DNA of 64,000 bases. Origin: Myxococcota bacterium. Lineage in GTDB: Bacteria > Myxococcota_A > UBA9160 > UBA4427. A model generated the notes under the pieces. The model saw only the letters and a list, made by a program, of their open reading frames with translations, did no database searches and was not told the origin of the DNA. Location of the stretch: NCBI GenBank assembly GCA_965250285.1, contig OZ252299.1, positions 3,072,001 through 3,136,000 on the forward strand. The letters are read 5' to 3'. Shown here piece by piece: positions 29,985 through 39,791 of the stretch. The position numbers and the translations under genes are program-made. The stretch's first letter is position 1. Every line of letters begins with the position of its first letter.

Positions 29985-31256
29985 ATGCCGATCGACATCC
30001 GCATGCCCGAGATCGCCGCCGACATCGAGGAGGCGGACGTGCTGGCGTGGCTGGTCGCTCCGGGCGAATCGGTCCGGGCCGGCGACGTCCTGCTCGAGAT
30101 CGAGACCGAGAAGAGCACGGTCGAGATCGAGAGCCCTCACGACGGCGTGCTCGTCGAGATCATCGTGGGCGACGACACGTCGGGCGTCGCCGTTGGCACC
30201 GTGCTCGCGCGACTCGAACCGAGCAACGCCGCGGCCGCCGAGGCGCCGTCGACCGAGTCGGCGCAGCCCAACGCGCCTTCGAGCGAAACCGCATCCGCGG
30301 CACCGAGCCCCGAGCCGGCATCGCCGGTGCCGACCGAGTCAGCAGCCCCCGGGCCCGAAGCCGATGCACCGACCGCCACCGCCCTCGCCCGGCGCATCGC
30401 CGACCAGGCCGGCGTCGAGCTACGAGACCTCACCGGGACGGGCGCCCACGGTCGCATCACCCGGGCGGACGTCGAGGACCGAATCGGCGGCGACCCCCCC
30501 GAGCCCGCCACGGCCCCTGCACCGCCGCCCCCCGCGGCGGCGCCCCCCACCCCGCCTGCGCCGCTCTCCGAGGGATCGACCCGCGAGCCGCTCTCGCGCA
30601 TGCGGCGCACCATCGCCCAGCGCCTGGGCGAGTCGAAGCGCGACATCCCGCACTTCTATCTCGCCGCCGACTGCCGAATCGATGCGCTCCTCGAGGCCCG
30701 CCGCCAGCTGAACGACACCCTCGAGGGCGACTACAAGGTGTCGGTGAACGACTTCGTCGTGCGGGCGGCTGCGGTGGCGCTGCGTCTCGTGCCCGCCGCC
30801 AACGTGTCGTTCGATACGGATGCCCTGATCCACCACGGCACGGTCGATGTCGCCGTGGCGGTCGCCACCGAAGGCGGCCTGATCACGCCCATCGTGCGCA
30901 ACGCCGACCGCAAGGGCCTCGCAGACATCTCCGCCGAAGTTCGCGATCTCGCCACGCGCGCCCGGGCCGGCCGCCTGTCACCCAAGGAGTACTCGGGGGG
31001 CAGCTTCAGCGTGTCGAATCTCGGCATGTATGGGATCGACAGCGTCTACGCCATCGTGAACCCGCCTCACGCGGGCATTCTCGGCGTCGGCCAGGGCGAG
31101 CCCCGACCCGTGGTCGAGGGCGGCACGGTCGTGCCCGCCACGGTCATGACGTGCACGCTCTCGGCCGATCATCGTGCCATCGACGGCGCAGTGGGCGCCG
31201 AATGGCTCGCGACGTTCAAACGACTGATCGAGTCGCCGCTCGAGATGAGCCTCTAG
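29985..31256 (+). CDS. Dihydrolipoamide acyltransferase E2 (PdhC/AcoC-like)
   Basis: Lipoyl domain EIETEKS, peripheral-subunit-binding ARRIA..GTGAHGRIT, catalytic SNLGM and SADHRAIDG. Confidence 0.9.
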   Translation: MPIDIRMPEIAADIEEADVLAWLVAPGESVRAGDVLLEIETEKSTVEIESPHDGVLVEIIVGDDTSGVAVGTVLARLEPSNAAAAEAPSTESAQPNAPSSETASAAPSPEPASPVPTESAAPGPEADAPTATALARRIADQAGVELRDLTGTGAHGRITRADVEDRIGGDPPEPATAPAPPPPAAAPPTPPAPLSEGSTREPLSRMRRTIAQRLGESKRDIPHFYLAADCRIDALLEARRQLNDTLEGDYKVSVNDFVVRAAAVALRLVPAANVSFDTDALIHHGTVDVAVAVATEGGLITPIVRNADRKGLADISAEVRDLATRARAGRLSPKEYSGGSFSVSNLGMYGIDSVYAIVNPPHAGILGVGQGEPRPVVEGGTVVPATVMTCTLSADHRAIDGAVGAEWLATFKRLIESPLEMSL

Positions 31257-31728
31257 GGATGAAGAGCTTCTCGGGCTCGCGGTAGTCGGGGTAGTGCTTG
31301 CGGTCGGTGCGCCGCGCACTCATCTGGTCGATCAGCGCCAGGACGTCGCGGCGACTGACCTGGCCGACCAGTCGACCCTCATCCACCACAGGCAAACGTC
31401 GAAGCCCCTTCGTGAGAAAGTAGTGGGCGATGCCGTACAGGTCGGTGTCGGGGGTGATGGTCGTGCAGTCGACCGTCATGAAGTTCTCGACGCGTCCCTG
31501 CCCCTCCTGCTCGCCTGCGTAGAACTCATCGGACGAGAGGACGCGCAGACAATCGAGCTCGGAGAGGACGCCCAGCAGTCTCCCATCGGCGTCGGTGACC
31601 GGTGCACCCGAGATCTTCTTCGTGAGGAGGATCCGGATCGCCTCCGCGATCGGGGTACTCGGCCGGAAGGTGACGACGGACGTCACCATGATCTCCTGGG
31701 CGGTCGGCATGCGGTGGGATTCGGGCAT
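31216..31728 (-). CDS. CBS-domain pair protein
   Basis: ISGAPVTD..LLGVLSELD and RRLPVVD..LVGQVSRRD; GAGGT RBS. Confidence 0.88.
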   Translation of the reverse strand: MPESHRMPTAQEIMVTSVVTFRPSTPIAEAIRILLTKKISGAPVTDADGRLLGVLSELDCLRVLSSDEFYAGEQEGQGRVENFMTVDCTTITPDTDLYGIAHYFLTKGLRRLPVVDEGRLVGQVSRRDVLALIDQMSARRTDRKHYPDYREPEKLFIPRGSSRAATRSVV

Positions 31729-31936
31729 GGGGGCACCTCTCTGATTTCGTCCCGTCGCTCCTCGGAAGGCGCTCTGGGCGGGCGGCTGAATCGCCTCGGG
31801 TCGTTCGATCGAAATGCGTCTAGGCGTACGTTCCTCGGGCCGGTCCGGCGCGCTCTCGGGGGATTCGATTCCCGCTGTTCGTCGGCCTGCGCCCGCCCGC
31901 GCCGGGGCGCGGTTGTCGCAGAACCGTCACACCGAT

Positions 31937-31966
31937 ATTGTATGAGTGCCCGAAAAGACCCGGCAA
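31937..31966 (-). promoter_or_regulatory. Putative sigma70 promoter TTGCCG-18-TACAAT for the CBS gene
   Basis: Near-consensus hexamers on the minus strand. Confidence 0.55.
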
Positions 31967-31995
31967 CCAATTTGGGCCGGATTCGGCTCTCTCCC

Positions 31996-32127
31996 CGCTC
32001 ACAGCGACTCTGTGCCTCCTCAGGCCGTCCCGACGGGACGTCGGGGCCCGTCTGCGTCCGCCGAAAACCCGCGCCGCCGCGGGGGGCGGTCACCATCGCC
32101 GTCGGCACCACAGACCCGCCGTGAGCG
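31996..32127 (-). ncRNA. Candidate structured RNA (~130 nt, multibranch)
   Basis: Closing stem CGCUCACGGCG/CGCUGUGAGCG (G-U only on the minus strand) plus UCUGUG/CACAGA, with two inner hairpins. Confidence 0.3.
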
Positions 32128-32234
32128 CCGCGCGATGGCTTGTCCAGATCGGGAACACCGGTGCAACGAAAGCACGCTTCAGTCGCGCCTTCATCGCGTC
32201 GAAGCGAACCCCGATCGGTCGTGCGCGCATCTAG

Positions 32235-32263
32235 TTGAAAGAAGCAGGATCGGCCTCTACTAT
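32235..32263 (+). promoter_or_regulatory. Putative sigma70 promoter TTGAAA-17-TACTAT for the nqr operon
   Basis: Near-consensus hexamers and spacing, about 310 bp upstream of nqrA. Confidence 0.6.
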
Positions 32264-32576
32264 CCGCCGCGTTTCGACCCCCTGAAGGCTTCTCGCGGCT
32301 CTACTCGGCTGATGCCCAGCGCGCCGCGGGCGATGAGAAACGGCAGGTCCGGCCCTGTACAGCCCGGCCGCGATCGAGCCGAGGGTGCGTCGAACGAGCC
32401 GGACGAACGCGCCCCGAACGGGCCCCAGACCCGCCGGACGCAGCGCTCTGCACGAGCAAGTGCAGCGCAACGCAGACGGCGAGCTGCAGGCAAGCGACAG
32501 CGCCGCAGGGCGCGATCAGGCAGAGCGGCGTCGATGCGAACGCTGCGCACAGACACGAAGGGTTGAACAGCCGCCG

Positions 32577-33959
32577 ATGGCCGTGCACAAGATCACCAAG
32601 GGACTCGACCTCCCGCTCTCGGGCCGCCCGGTCCAGATCGTTCGAGAGACGGTCACGCCGACCCGCGTGGCCGTCATGGCCGACGACTTCCCGGGCATGA
32701 AACCGCGCATGCACGTCGAGGAGGGGCAGACCGTCAAGCGCGGCCAGCTGCTCTTCGAGAATCGAAAGATCGAAGGCGTGCTGCACACCGCCCCGGCGGC
32801 CGGGCGCGTCATCGCGATCCACCGCGGTGCCAAGCGCGCCCTGCAGTCGATCGTCATCGACCTGTCCGACGGCGAGCGGGCCGGCACGCCGGGCGACGAC
32901 GAGTTCGCTTCGTTCACGACCTACACGGGCGGTGCCGTCGACGGCCTCGGCCGGCAGCAGGTCGTCGACCTGCTCGTCGAGAGCGGCGCCTGGACGGCGC
33001 TGCGCACGCGCCCCTTCAGCAAGACGCCCGCCACCGACTCGACGCCCGCCGCGGTCTTCGTGACGGCGATCGACACCAACCCCCACGCGCCGATCCCCGA
33101 GGTTGCACTCGAGGGCCGCGAGACCGACTTCGACGCTGGCCTGAAGGTGCTCTCGAAGCTCTGCCCCGATGGCCCGACGTTCCTGTGCGTGAGCGAGTTC
33201 TCGGATCTGCCCGACAAGCTCTCGGCCGATGTGAAGGTCGAGCGTTTCACCGGCCCCCATCCGGCCGGCACGGTCGGCCTGCACATCCATACCCTGCGAC
33301 CCGCGAGCCGCAACGTCGTCGTCTGGCACATCGGCTACCAGGAGGTGGCTTCGATCGGTCGCCTGTTCAGCACAGGCCGCGTCGACGTCGAGCGCATCGT
33401 GTCGATCGGCGGCCCCACGGTCGACGATCCGCGGCTCGTCCGCACGCGCCAGGGTGCGGCCACCGACGACATCTATCCGGCGCCTTCGGGCGGCCCCGAG
33501 CTGCGCGTCATCGCAGGCTCGGCGCTCTCGGGCAAGAAGGCCATGGGCGACGCGTTCGGCTTTCTCGGGCGCTTCGACAACCAGGTGACCGTGCTCGAAG
33601 AAGACCGCGAGAAGGTCTTCCTCGGCTGGCTCTCACCGGGCCCCGAGCGCTTCTCGACCAAGGGCATCTACGTGTCGAAGCTGATCCCGAACAAGCTGTT
33701 CGCGCTCGGCACGAGCACCAATGGCTCGCATCGCGCGATGGTGCCGATCGGGATGTACGAAGACATCATGCCCTTCGACATCCTGCCCACATATCTCCTG
33801 CGCAGCCTCATCGTCGGGGACATCGAGAAAGCCGAGCAACTCGGTGCTCTCGAGCTCGACGAAGAGGATCTCGCGCTCTGCACGTTCGTCGACCCGGGCA
33901 AGCACGAGTTTGGCCCGATCCTGCGACAGAACCTAGAGATGATCGAGAAAGAAGGATGA
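32577..33959 (+). CDS. nqrA: Na+-translocating NADH:quinone reductase subunit A
   Basis: HKITKGLDLP, GPHPAG, RAMVPIG, ELDEEDLALCTFV..GK..IEKEG. Confidence 0.95.
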   Translation: MAVHKITKGLDLPLSGRPVQIVRETVTPTRVAVMADDFPGMKPRMHVEEGQTVKRGQLLFENRKIEGVLHTAPAAGRVIAIHRGAKRALQSIVIDLSDGERAGTPGDDEFASFTTYTGGAVDGLGRQQVVDLLVESGAWTALRTRPFSKTPATDSTPAAVFVTAIDTNPHAPIPEVALEGRETDFDAGLKVLSKLCPDGPTFLCVSEFSDLPDKLSADVKVERFTGPHPAGTVGLHIHTLRPASRNVVVWHIGYQEVASIGRLFSTGRVDVERIVSIGGPTVDDPRLVRTRQGAATDDIYPAPSGGPELRVIAGSALSGKKAMGDAFGFLGRFDNQVTVLEEDREKVFLGWLSPGPERFSTKGIYVSKLIPNKLFALGTSTNGSHRAMVPIGMYEDIMPFDILPTYLLRSLIVGDIEKAEQLGALELDEEDLALCTFVDPGKHEFGPILRQNLEMIEKEG

Positions 33960-35176
33960 TCGACTGGCTCCGGAAGGTTCATGAGGACGCGGCGCCGCTC
34001 TTCGAGAAGGGCGGCAAGCTCGAGTTTCTCTATCCGATCTATGAGGCCCAGTTCACGGGCCTCTTCACGCCGGGTTCCGTGACGCGCACGGGCTCACACG
34101 TGCGCGACGGCATGGATCTCAAGCGGCTGATGTTCACGGTGATCATCGCGCTGCTGCCGTGCGTGTTGATGGCCATGTGGAACACCGGCTACCAGGCGCA
34201 GCTCGCGATCGCGAACGGCGCCACGCCGCTCGACAGCTGGCAGATGTGGCTCTGGGATTCGGTCGGCCTGTGGTTCGACTTCCGCAACCCGGCGCTCTGC
34301 ATCCTGTTCGGCGCGCTGCACTTCCTGCCGATCTACGCCGCCGCGATGCTGACCGGCGCGATCATCGAGCCTGGCTTCGCGATGATTCGCAGGCACGAGG
34401 TGAACGAGGGCTTCCTCGTCTCGGGCATCCTGATCCCGCTCACGCTGCCGCCGACGATTCCGCTCTGGATGGTCGCGATGGGCACGGCGTTCAGCCTGAT
34501 CCTCGCCAAGGAGATCTTCGGCGGTACGGGCATGAACTTCCTGAACCCGGCGCTCGTCGCCCGGGCCTTCCTGTTCTTCGCCTACCCCGCCTACATGAGC
34601 GGGGACGCCCCCTGGATCGCCGCCAACTTCATGGGCGTCGACTCGTTCAGCGGGGCGACGTGGCTCTCCCAGGCGGCGTCGACGAAGAACGCCCTCGACA
34701 ATGCCAGCTGGTGGGGCGCGTTCTCGGGCTTCGTCCCGGGCTCGATGGGCGAGACGTCGGCGCTCGCTGCGCTGCTCGGCGCCGGCCTGCTCGTCTGGAC
34801 CGGCATCGGGTCGTACCGCACGATGCTCGGGGTCACCGTCGGCACGTTCTTCATGGCGACGATCCTGAACGTGATCGGATCCGACTCGAACCCGATGTTC
34901 GCCGTGCCGTGGTACTGGCACATGGTGCTCGGCGGCTGGGCATTCGGGATGGTCTTCATGGCCACCGACCCGGTGTCGTCGGCGTTCACGAATCAGGGCA
35001 AGTGGGTGTATGGCGCGGGGATCGGCGTTCTGGTGATCCTGATCCGCGTGGTCAACCCGGCGTACCCCGAAGGCATGATGCTCGCGATCCTGTTCATGAA
35101 CATGTTCGCGCCGCTCATCGACCACTACGTCCTGCAGGCGAACATCAAGCGGAGGCTCGCGCGCAGTGCAGTATAG
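33956..35176 (+). CDS. nqrB: Na+-NQR subunit B
   Basis: HVRDGMDLKR, NEGFLV, FMN site DSFSGAT, FMATDPVS, YPEGMML; ATGA coupling to nqrA. Confidence 0.95.
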   Translation: MIDWLRKVHEDAAPLFEKGGKLEFLYPIYEAQFTGLFTPGSVTRTGSHVRDGMDLKRLMFTVIIALLPCVLMAMWNTGYQAQLAIANGATPLDSWQMWLWDSVGLWFDFRNPALCILFGALHFLPIYAAAMLTGAIIEPGFAMIRRHEVNEGFLVSGILIPLTLPPTIPLWMVAMGTAFSLILAKEIFGGTGMNFLNPALVARAFLFFAYPAYMSGDAPWIAANFMGVDSFSGATWLSQAASTKNALDNASWWGAFSGFVPGSMGETSALAALLGAGLLVWTGIGSYRTMLGVTVGTFFMATILNVIGSDSNPMFAVPWYWHMVLGGWAFGMVFMATDPVSSAFTNQGKWVYGAGIGVLVILIRVVNPAYPEGMMLAILFMNMFAPLIDHYVLQANIKRRLARSAV

Positions 35177-35948
35177 CGTTCAGTACATCGTCGGTTTCGC
35201 TGCGGCCGTTTGTGTCGTGTGCGCCCTCGCCGTCTCGGTGGCGGCCGTCGGGCTGCGCCCGATGCAGGTCGCGAACAAGCAGCTCGACCGGCAGAAGAAC
35301 GTGCTCAGTGTCTCGGGCCTCGTCGAATCGACCGACGACCTCGCGCCCGAAGACGTGAAGCGCATCTTCGAAGAATCGATCGTCGCGCGGGCGGTGAACC
35401 TCGAGACCGGCGAGTACGACGACGCGGTCGACGCCGCGACCTACGACCAGCTCAAGGCCGCCAAGGATCCCGCGACGAGCGATCCGGCGCCGCCGAACCC
35501 GTCGAAGATCACGCGCGTCCCGAAGGTCGCGGTGATCTACGAGGTGATGGATGGCGACCAGGTCTCACGGTTCATCCTGCCCATCGAGGGCATGGGCCTG
35601 TGGTCGACGCTCTATGGCTACATCGCAATCTCGGGGGCCGACAGCAACACGGTCGAAGGCATCACCTACTACGACCAGGCCGAGACCGCGGGCCTCGGCG
35701 GCGAGGTCGAGAACCCGAGCTGGAAGGCTCTGTGGCCCGGGCGACGCATCTACAACAAGAGCTGGCAGCCCGTGATCAAGGTCAAGAAGGGGGCCGCCGG
35801 CCCGCCCGCCACCGACCCCTACGAGGTCGACGGGCTCTCGGGCGCCACCCTCACGAGCAATGGCGTGACGAACATGCTCCGGTTCTGGATGGGGAATGAC
35901 GGGTTCGGCCCGTTCCTCTCCAACTACCGGGCGGCGAAGGGGATCTGA
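35166..35948 (+). CDS. nqrC: Na+-NQR subunit C
   Basis: [20 protein letters not shown] site [14 protein letters not shown]. Confidence 0.95.
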   Translation: MQYSVQYIVGFAAAVCVVCALAVSVAAVGLRPMQVANKQLDRQKNVLSVSGLVESTDDLAPEDVKRIFEESIVARAVNLETGEYDDAVDAATYDQLKAAKDPATSDPAPPNPSKITRVPKVAVIYEVMDGDQVSRFILPIEGMGLWSTLYGYIAISGADSNTVEGITYYDQAETAGLGGEVENPSWKALWPGRRIYNKSWQPVIKVKKGAAGPPATDPYEVDGLSGATLTSNGVTNMLRFWMGNDGFGPFLSNYRAAKGI

Positions 35949-36616
35949 TGGCAGCTGATCGCGAAACGCTTCTCGACCCGCTCTTCAACAACAATCCGAT
36001 CGGCCTGCAGGTGCTCGGCATCTGCTCGGCACTCGCGGTGACGACCCAGATGCGGGTCTCTCTCGTGATGTGTCTGGCGGTGATCGCGGTGGTGACGTTC
36101 TCGAACCTCGCCGTCAGCTTGATCCGCAACCTGATCCCGCCGTCGATCCGCATCATCGTGCAGCTGGCGATCATCGCGTCGCTGGTCATCGTGACCGACC
36201 AGGTGCTCAAGGCCTATTCGTACGACGTGAGCAAACAGCTCTCGGTCTTCGTCGGCCTCATCATCACGAACTGCATCGTGATGGGCCGCGCCGAAGCCTT
36301 CGCCATGCAGAACGGGCCTCGCCTCGCGATTCTCGACGGCCTGGGCAACGGCCTCGGCTACTCGGTCGTGCTGCTCGCCGTCGCGTTCTTCCGAGAGCTC
36401 TTCGGCACGGGCAAGCTCTTCGGCTTCGCGATCTTCCAGACGACGACCGAAGGCGGCTGGTACATCTCCAACGGCCTGATGCTGATGCCGCCGGCGGCAT
36501 TCTTCCTGATCGGCATCTTCATCTGGGCCGTGCGTTCTTGGAAACCCGAACAGGTAGAGGAAGACTTCCATGTTGGAGCACTACTTGAGCTTGGCAACGA
36601 AGGCCATATTCGTTGA
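35948..36616 (+). CDS. nqrD: Na+-NQR subunit D
   Basis: [35 protein letters not shown]. Confidence 0.95.
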   Translation: MAADRETLLDPLFNNNPIGLQVLGICSALAVTTQMRVSLVMCLAVIAVVTFSNLAVSLIRNLIPPSIRIIVQLAIIASLVIVTDQVLKAYSYDVSKQLSVFVGLIITNCIVMGRAEAFAMQNGPRLAILDGLGNGLGYSVVLLAVAFFRELFGTGKLFGFAIFQTTTEGGWYISNGLMLMPPAAFFLIGIFIWAVRSWKPEQVEEDFHVGALLELGNEGHIR

Positions 36617-37169
36617 GAACATGGCCCTCGCCTTCTTCCTCGGCATGTGTTCGTTCCTCGCCGTGTCGAAGAAGGTCGAGACAGCAGTCGGGCTCGGTTG
36701 GGCGGTCATCTTCGTCCTCACGGTCACGACGCCGCTGAATCAGATCCTGTCGAAGGCGTTTCTCGAAGATGGCGCGATCATCGAGGGCGTCGACCTGTCG
36801 TTCCTGAGCTTTCTGACGCTCATTGGCACGATTGCGGCCACTGTCCAGATCGTCGAGATGGTGATCGATAAGTACTCGCCCGAGCTGTACAACTCGCTGG
36901 GCGTGTTCTTGCCGCTCATCGCGGTGAACTGCGCAATTCTCGGCGCGTCACTGTTCATGGTCGAGCGCGACTACACGCTGGGCGAGGCCACGGTCTTCGG
37001 CCTCGGCTCGGGCATCGGCTGGGCCATCGCGATCATCGCGCTGGCCGCGATCCGCGAGCGGCTGCACTACAGCGACGTGCCGGCTCCTTTGCGGGGTCTC
37101 GGCATCACATTCATTGTCGTGGGACTGATGAGCCTCGGCTTTCTGTCCTTCTCTGGCATTCAGCTCTAA
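36570..37169 (+). CDS. nqrE: Na+-NQR subunit E
   Basis: [35 protein letters not shown]. Confidence 0.95.
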   Translation: MLEHYLSLATKAIFVENMALAFFLGMCSFLAVSKKVETAVGLGWAVIFVLTVTTPLNQILSKAFLEDGAIIEGVDLSFLSFLTLIGTIAATVQIVEMVIDKYSPELYNSLGVFLPLIAVNCAILGASLFMVERDYTLGEATVFGLGSGIGWAIAIIALAAIRERLHYSDVPAPLRGLGITFIVVGLMSLGFLSFSGIQL

Positions 37170-37220
37170 GCGAGGCCTGCGGGCCCTCGCTGCGACAACC
37201 CCCTCCAGGAGCACAATCGG

Positions 37221-38444
37221 ATGGAGATCGTCTACGGCGTCGCTGGGTTCACGGTGGTGATTCTCTCCCTCGTGGCCATCCTCATGTTCGCACGGCGTTA
37301 CCTGGTCTCGTCGGGTGACGTGAAGATCGAGATCAACGACGACCCCGAGCACACGCTCACGACGGCGGCCGGCGGCACGCTCCTCGGCACCCTCGCCGCG
37401 AACAAGATCTTCATCCCGTCGGCTTGCGGCGGCCAGGGCACCTGCGGTGTCTGCGAGGTCAAGGTGCACGAGGGCGGCGGATCACTGCTGCCGACCGAGA
37501 CGACGCACATCAACCGGGGCCAGGCCCGGGAGGGCTATCGCCTCTCCTGTCAGGTCAAGGTGAAGCAGGACATGAAGATCGAGGTGCCCGCCGAGATCTT
37601 CAGCATCCGCAAGTGGAAGTGCAAGGTCCGCTCGAACCACAACGTGGCCACCTTCATCAAGGAGCTGGTCCTCGAGCTCCCCGCCGGCGAAGAGGTGCCG
37701 TTCCGTGCGGGCGGCTACATCCAGATCGAGTGCCCGCCGCACGTCGTCGAGTACAAGAGCTTCGATGTCGAAGACGAGTACCGTGAGGATTGGGACAAGT
37801 TCGACCAGTGGCGCTACGTCTCGAAGGTCGAAGAAGACCTCACGCGCGCCTACTCGATGGCGAACTACCCCGGCGAGCAGGGCATCATCATGCTCAACGT
37901 GCGCATCGCCTCGCCCCCGCCGCGCACACCCGACGTTCCGCCCGGGCAGATGAGCTCGTACATCTTCGACCTGAAGCCGGGGGACGAGGTCACGATCTCG
38001 GGCCCGTACGGTGAGTTCTACGCACGCGAGACCCAGAACGAGATGATCTTCATCGGCGGTGGCGCGGGCATGGCCCCGATGAGGTCGCACATCTTCGACC
38101 AGTTCAAGCGTCTCTCGACCGATCGCAAGGTCTCGTTCTGGTACGGCGCGCGTTCGCTGCGCGAGGCATTCTACGTCGAAGACTTCGATTCGATCGCGGC
38201 TGACAACGAGAACTTCGACTGGCACCTCGCTCTCTCGGAGCCCCTCGACGAAGACAACTGGTCGGGCCTGCGCGGCTTCATCCACCAGGTGCTCTTCGAC
38301 GAGTACCTGAAGAACCACCCGTCGCCGGAAGACTGCGAGTACTACATCTGTGGTCCGCCGATGATGAACGACGCGGTCATCCAGATGCTGACCGACCTCG
38401 GCGTCGAGCGTGAGAACATCATGTTCGACGACTTCGGCGGCTAG
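37221..38444 (+). CDS. nqrF: Na+-NQR subunit F
   Basis: 2Fe-2[44 protein letters not shown]. Confidence 0.96.
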   Translation: MEIVYGVAGFTVVILSLVAILMFARRYLVSSGDVKIEINDDPEHTLTTAAGGTLLGTLAANKIFIPSACGGQGTCGVCEVKVHEGGGSLLPTETTHINRGQAREGYRLSCQVKVKQDMKIEVPAEIFSIRKWKCKVRSNHNVATFIKELVLELPAGEEVPFRAGGYIQIECPPHVVEYKSFDVEDEYREDWDKFDQWRYVSKVEEDLTRAYSMANYPGEQGIIMLNVRIASPPPRTPDVPPGQMSSYIFDLKPGDEVTISGPYGEFYARETQNEMIFIGGGAGMAPMRSHIFDQFKRLSTDRKVSFWYGARSLREAFYVEDFDSIAADNENFDWHLALSEPLDEDNWSGLRGFIHQVLFDEYLKNHPSPEDCEYYICGPPMMNDAVIQMLTDLGVERENIMFDDFGG

Positions 38445-38472
38445 CGGAGCCCGCCCCCTGCCCGAGCGACCC

Positions 38473-39549
38473 ATGACGCCGAGGATCGCGATCACGCTCG
38501 TGATCCTCGCCGTCCTGCTCGCCTGGCTGTCGATCCATCGGCTCTACTTCGCCGACACCCCCGGCCCCTATCTGGCCTTCTCCGGCCATACGATGGGGAC
38601 GACCTGGGAGGTGAAGGTCGCGCGCGCCGACCTCTCTCCCGACGCGATGCGCGCGATCGGCGCCACGATCGATGACAGCCTGGCTCGCGTCGATGCCGCG
38701 CTCTCGACCTGGCGCGCCGACTCGGAGATCTCGCGCTTCAACGCCGACACCACCACCGAGCCGTTTGCCGCCGGGCCCGACCTGCTCGCAGTGGTCGAGG
38801 CGGCCGAAGCCGTCAGCCGCGCGACGGGCGGCGCCTTCGACATCACGGTCGGACCGCTGGTCGAAGCCTGGGGGTTCGGACGCGCCGCGAGCGAGCTCGA
38901 CGTCGAGCCGCCCTCGCCCGAAGCGCTCGAGCGGCTGCGCAGCCGGGTCGGGTGGCAGTCGATCGAAGTCGATCGCGCGCGGGGCACGCTGCGCAAGCGC
39001 CGCCCCGACATCGAGCTCGACGTGTCGGCCATCGCCAAGGGATACGGCGTCGATGCCATCGCCGCTGCGCTCGAACAGCTCGGCTACCAGAACTATCTGG
39101 TCGAGATCGGCGGCGAGCTGCGCGCCCGCGGACGGCGCCTCGACGGCACCCCCTTTCGGGTCGCGATCGAAGAGCCTGATCCCCAGGTGCGGCGGATCCA
39201 CCGCGTGATCGAGATCGGCGACGCGAGCATGGCGACCTCGGGCGACTACCGAAGCTGGCGCGAGATCGACGGCGTGCGCGTGTCGCACACACTCGACCCG
39301 CGCGTGGGTCGCCCCATCGAGCATGGGCTCGCATCGGTCACCGTGCTCCAGCCGAGCGCCATGTGGGCCGATGCGTGGGCCACGGCGCTGAGCGTCGTCG
39401 GGCCCGAGGCGGGGCTCGTGCTCGCCCGCAACCGGGACATGCCGGCCTACTTCATCGTGCATACCGCCGGGGGCGGCTTCGACACGATCGAGACCCCGGC
39501 CTTCACCGCCCGCTACGGAGCCGATGCCCCGCCGGCGGCATCGAAGTAG
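38473..39549 (+). CDS. apbE: FAD:protein FMN transferase (NQR-associated)
   Basis: TMGTTW, SEISRFN, DVSAIAKGYGVD, EIGGE, ATSGDYR, HTLDPR, ADAWATA. Confidence 0.92.
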   Translation: MTPRIAITLVILAVLLAWLSIHRLYFADTPGPYLAFSGHTMGTTWEVKVARADLSPDAMRAIGATIDDSLARVDAALSTWRADSEISRFNADTTTEPFAAGPDLLAVVEAAEAVSRATGGAFDITVGPLVEAWGFGRAASELDVEPPSPEALERLRSRVGWQSIEVDRARGTLRKRRPDIELDVSAIAKGYGVDAIAAALEQLGYQNYLVEIGGELRARGRRLDGTPFRVAIEEPDPQVRRIHRVIEIGDASMATSGDYRSWREIDGVRVSHTLDPRVGRPIEHGLASVTVLQPSAMWADAWATALSVVGPEAGLVLARNRDMPAYFIVHTAGGGFDTIETPAFTARYGADAPPAASK

Positions 39550-39578
39550 CATTCGCACGCCCCCACCTGGAGCCGCCC

Positions 39579-39770
39579 GTGCAGACGATTCTCGCAGCGA
39601 TCGCCGTCTTCGCCCTCGCCATGGCCGGCATGGCCGTGGGCGTGATCTTCTCGAATCGCCGCCTGCAGGGCTCGTGCGGCGGCACCGGCCGAGACTGCAC
39701 CTGCGATCCCGCCACGCGGGACGACTGCGACCTGAAGAAGGCCGCGGAGGCGGCCGGCCAAGCGGGCTGA
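39579..39770 (+). CDS. nqrM: Na+-NQR maturation protein NqrM
   Basis: GTG start after GGAG; one TM helix then LQGSCGG..C.C....C; position after apbE. Confidence 0.85.
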   Translation: MQTILAAIAVFALAMAGMAVGVIFSNRRLQGSCGGTGRDCTCDPATRDDCDLKKAAEAAGQAG

Positions 39771-39791
39771 GCGACGCCGGAGCGCACTGAC

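Noticed and set aside
30220..30570. Pro/Ala-rich low-complexity repeats
   Set aside because: Normal flexible linkers of E2 proteins.
31945..31985. GCCCGAAAAGACCCGGCAACC resembling a SAM-I riboswitch core
   Set aside because: Lacks the upstream AUC.AGAG/GAGGGA and downstream GGUGC elements, has no sulfur or methionine gene downstream, and coincides with a minus-strand promoter.
31683..32566. Small ORFs in the CBS-nqrA intergenic region
   Set aside because: Arg/Pro/Ala-rich with no RBS or motifs, and they overlap predicted promoters.
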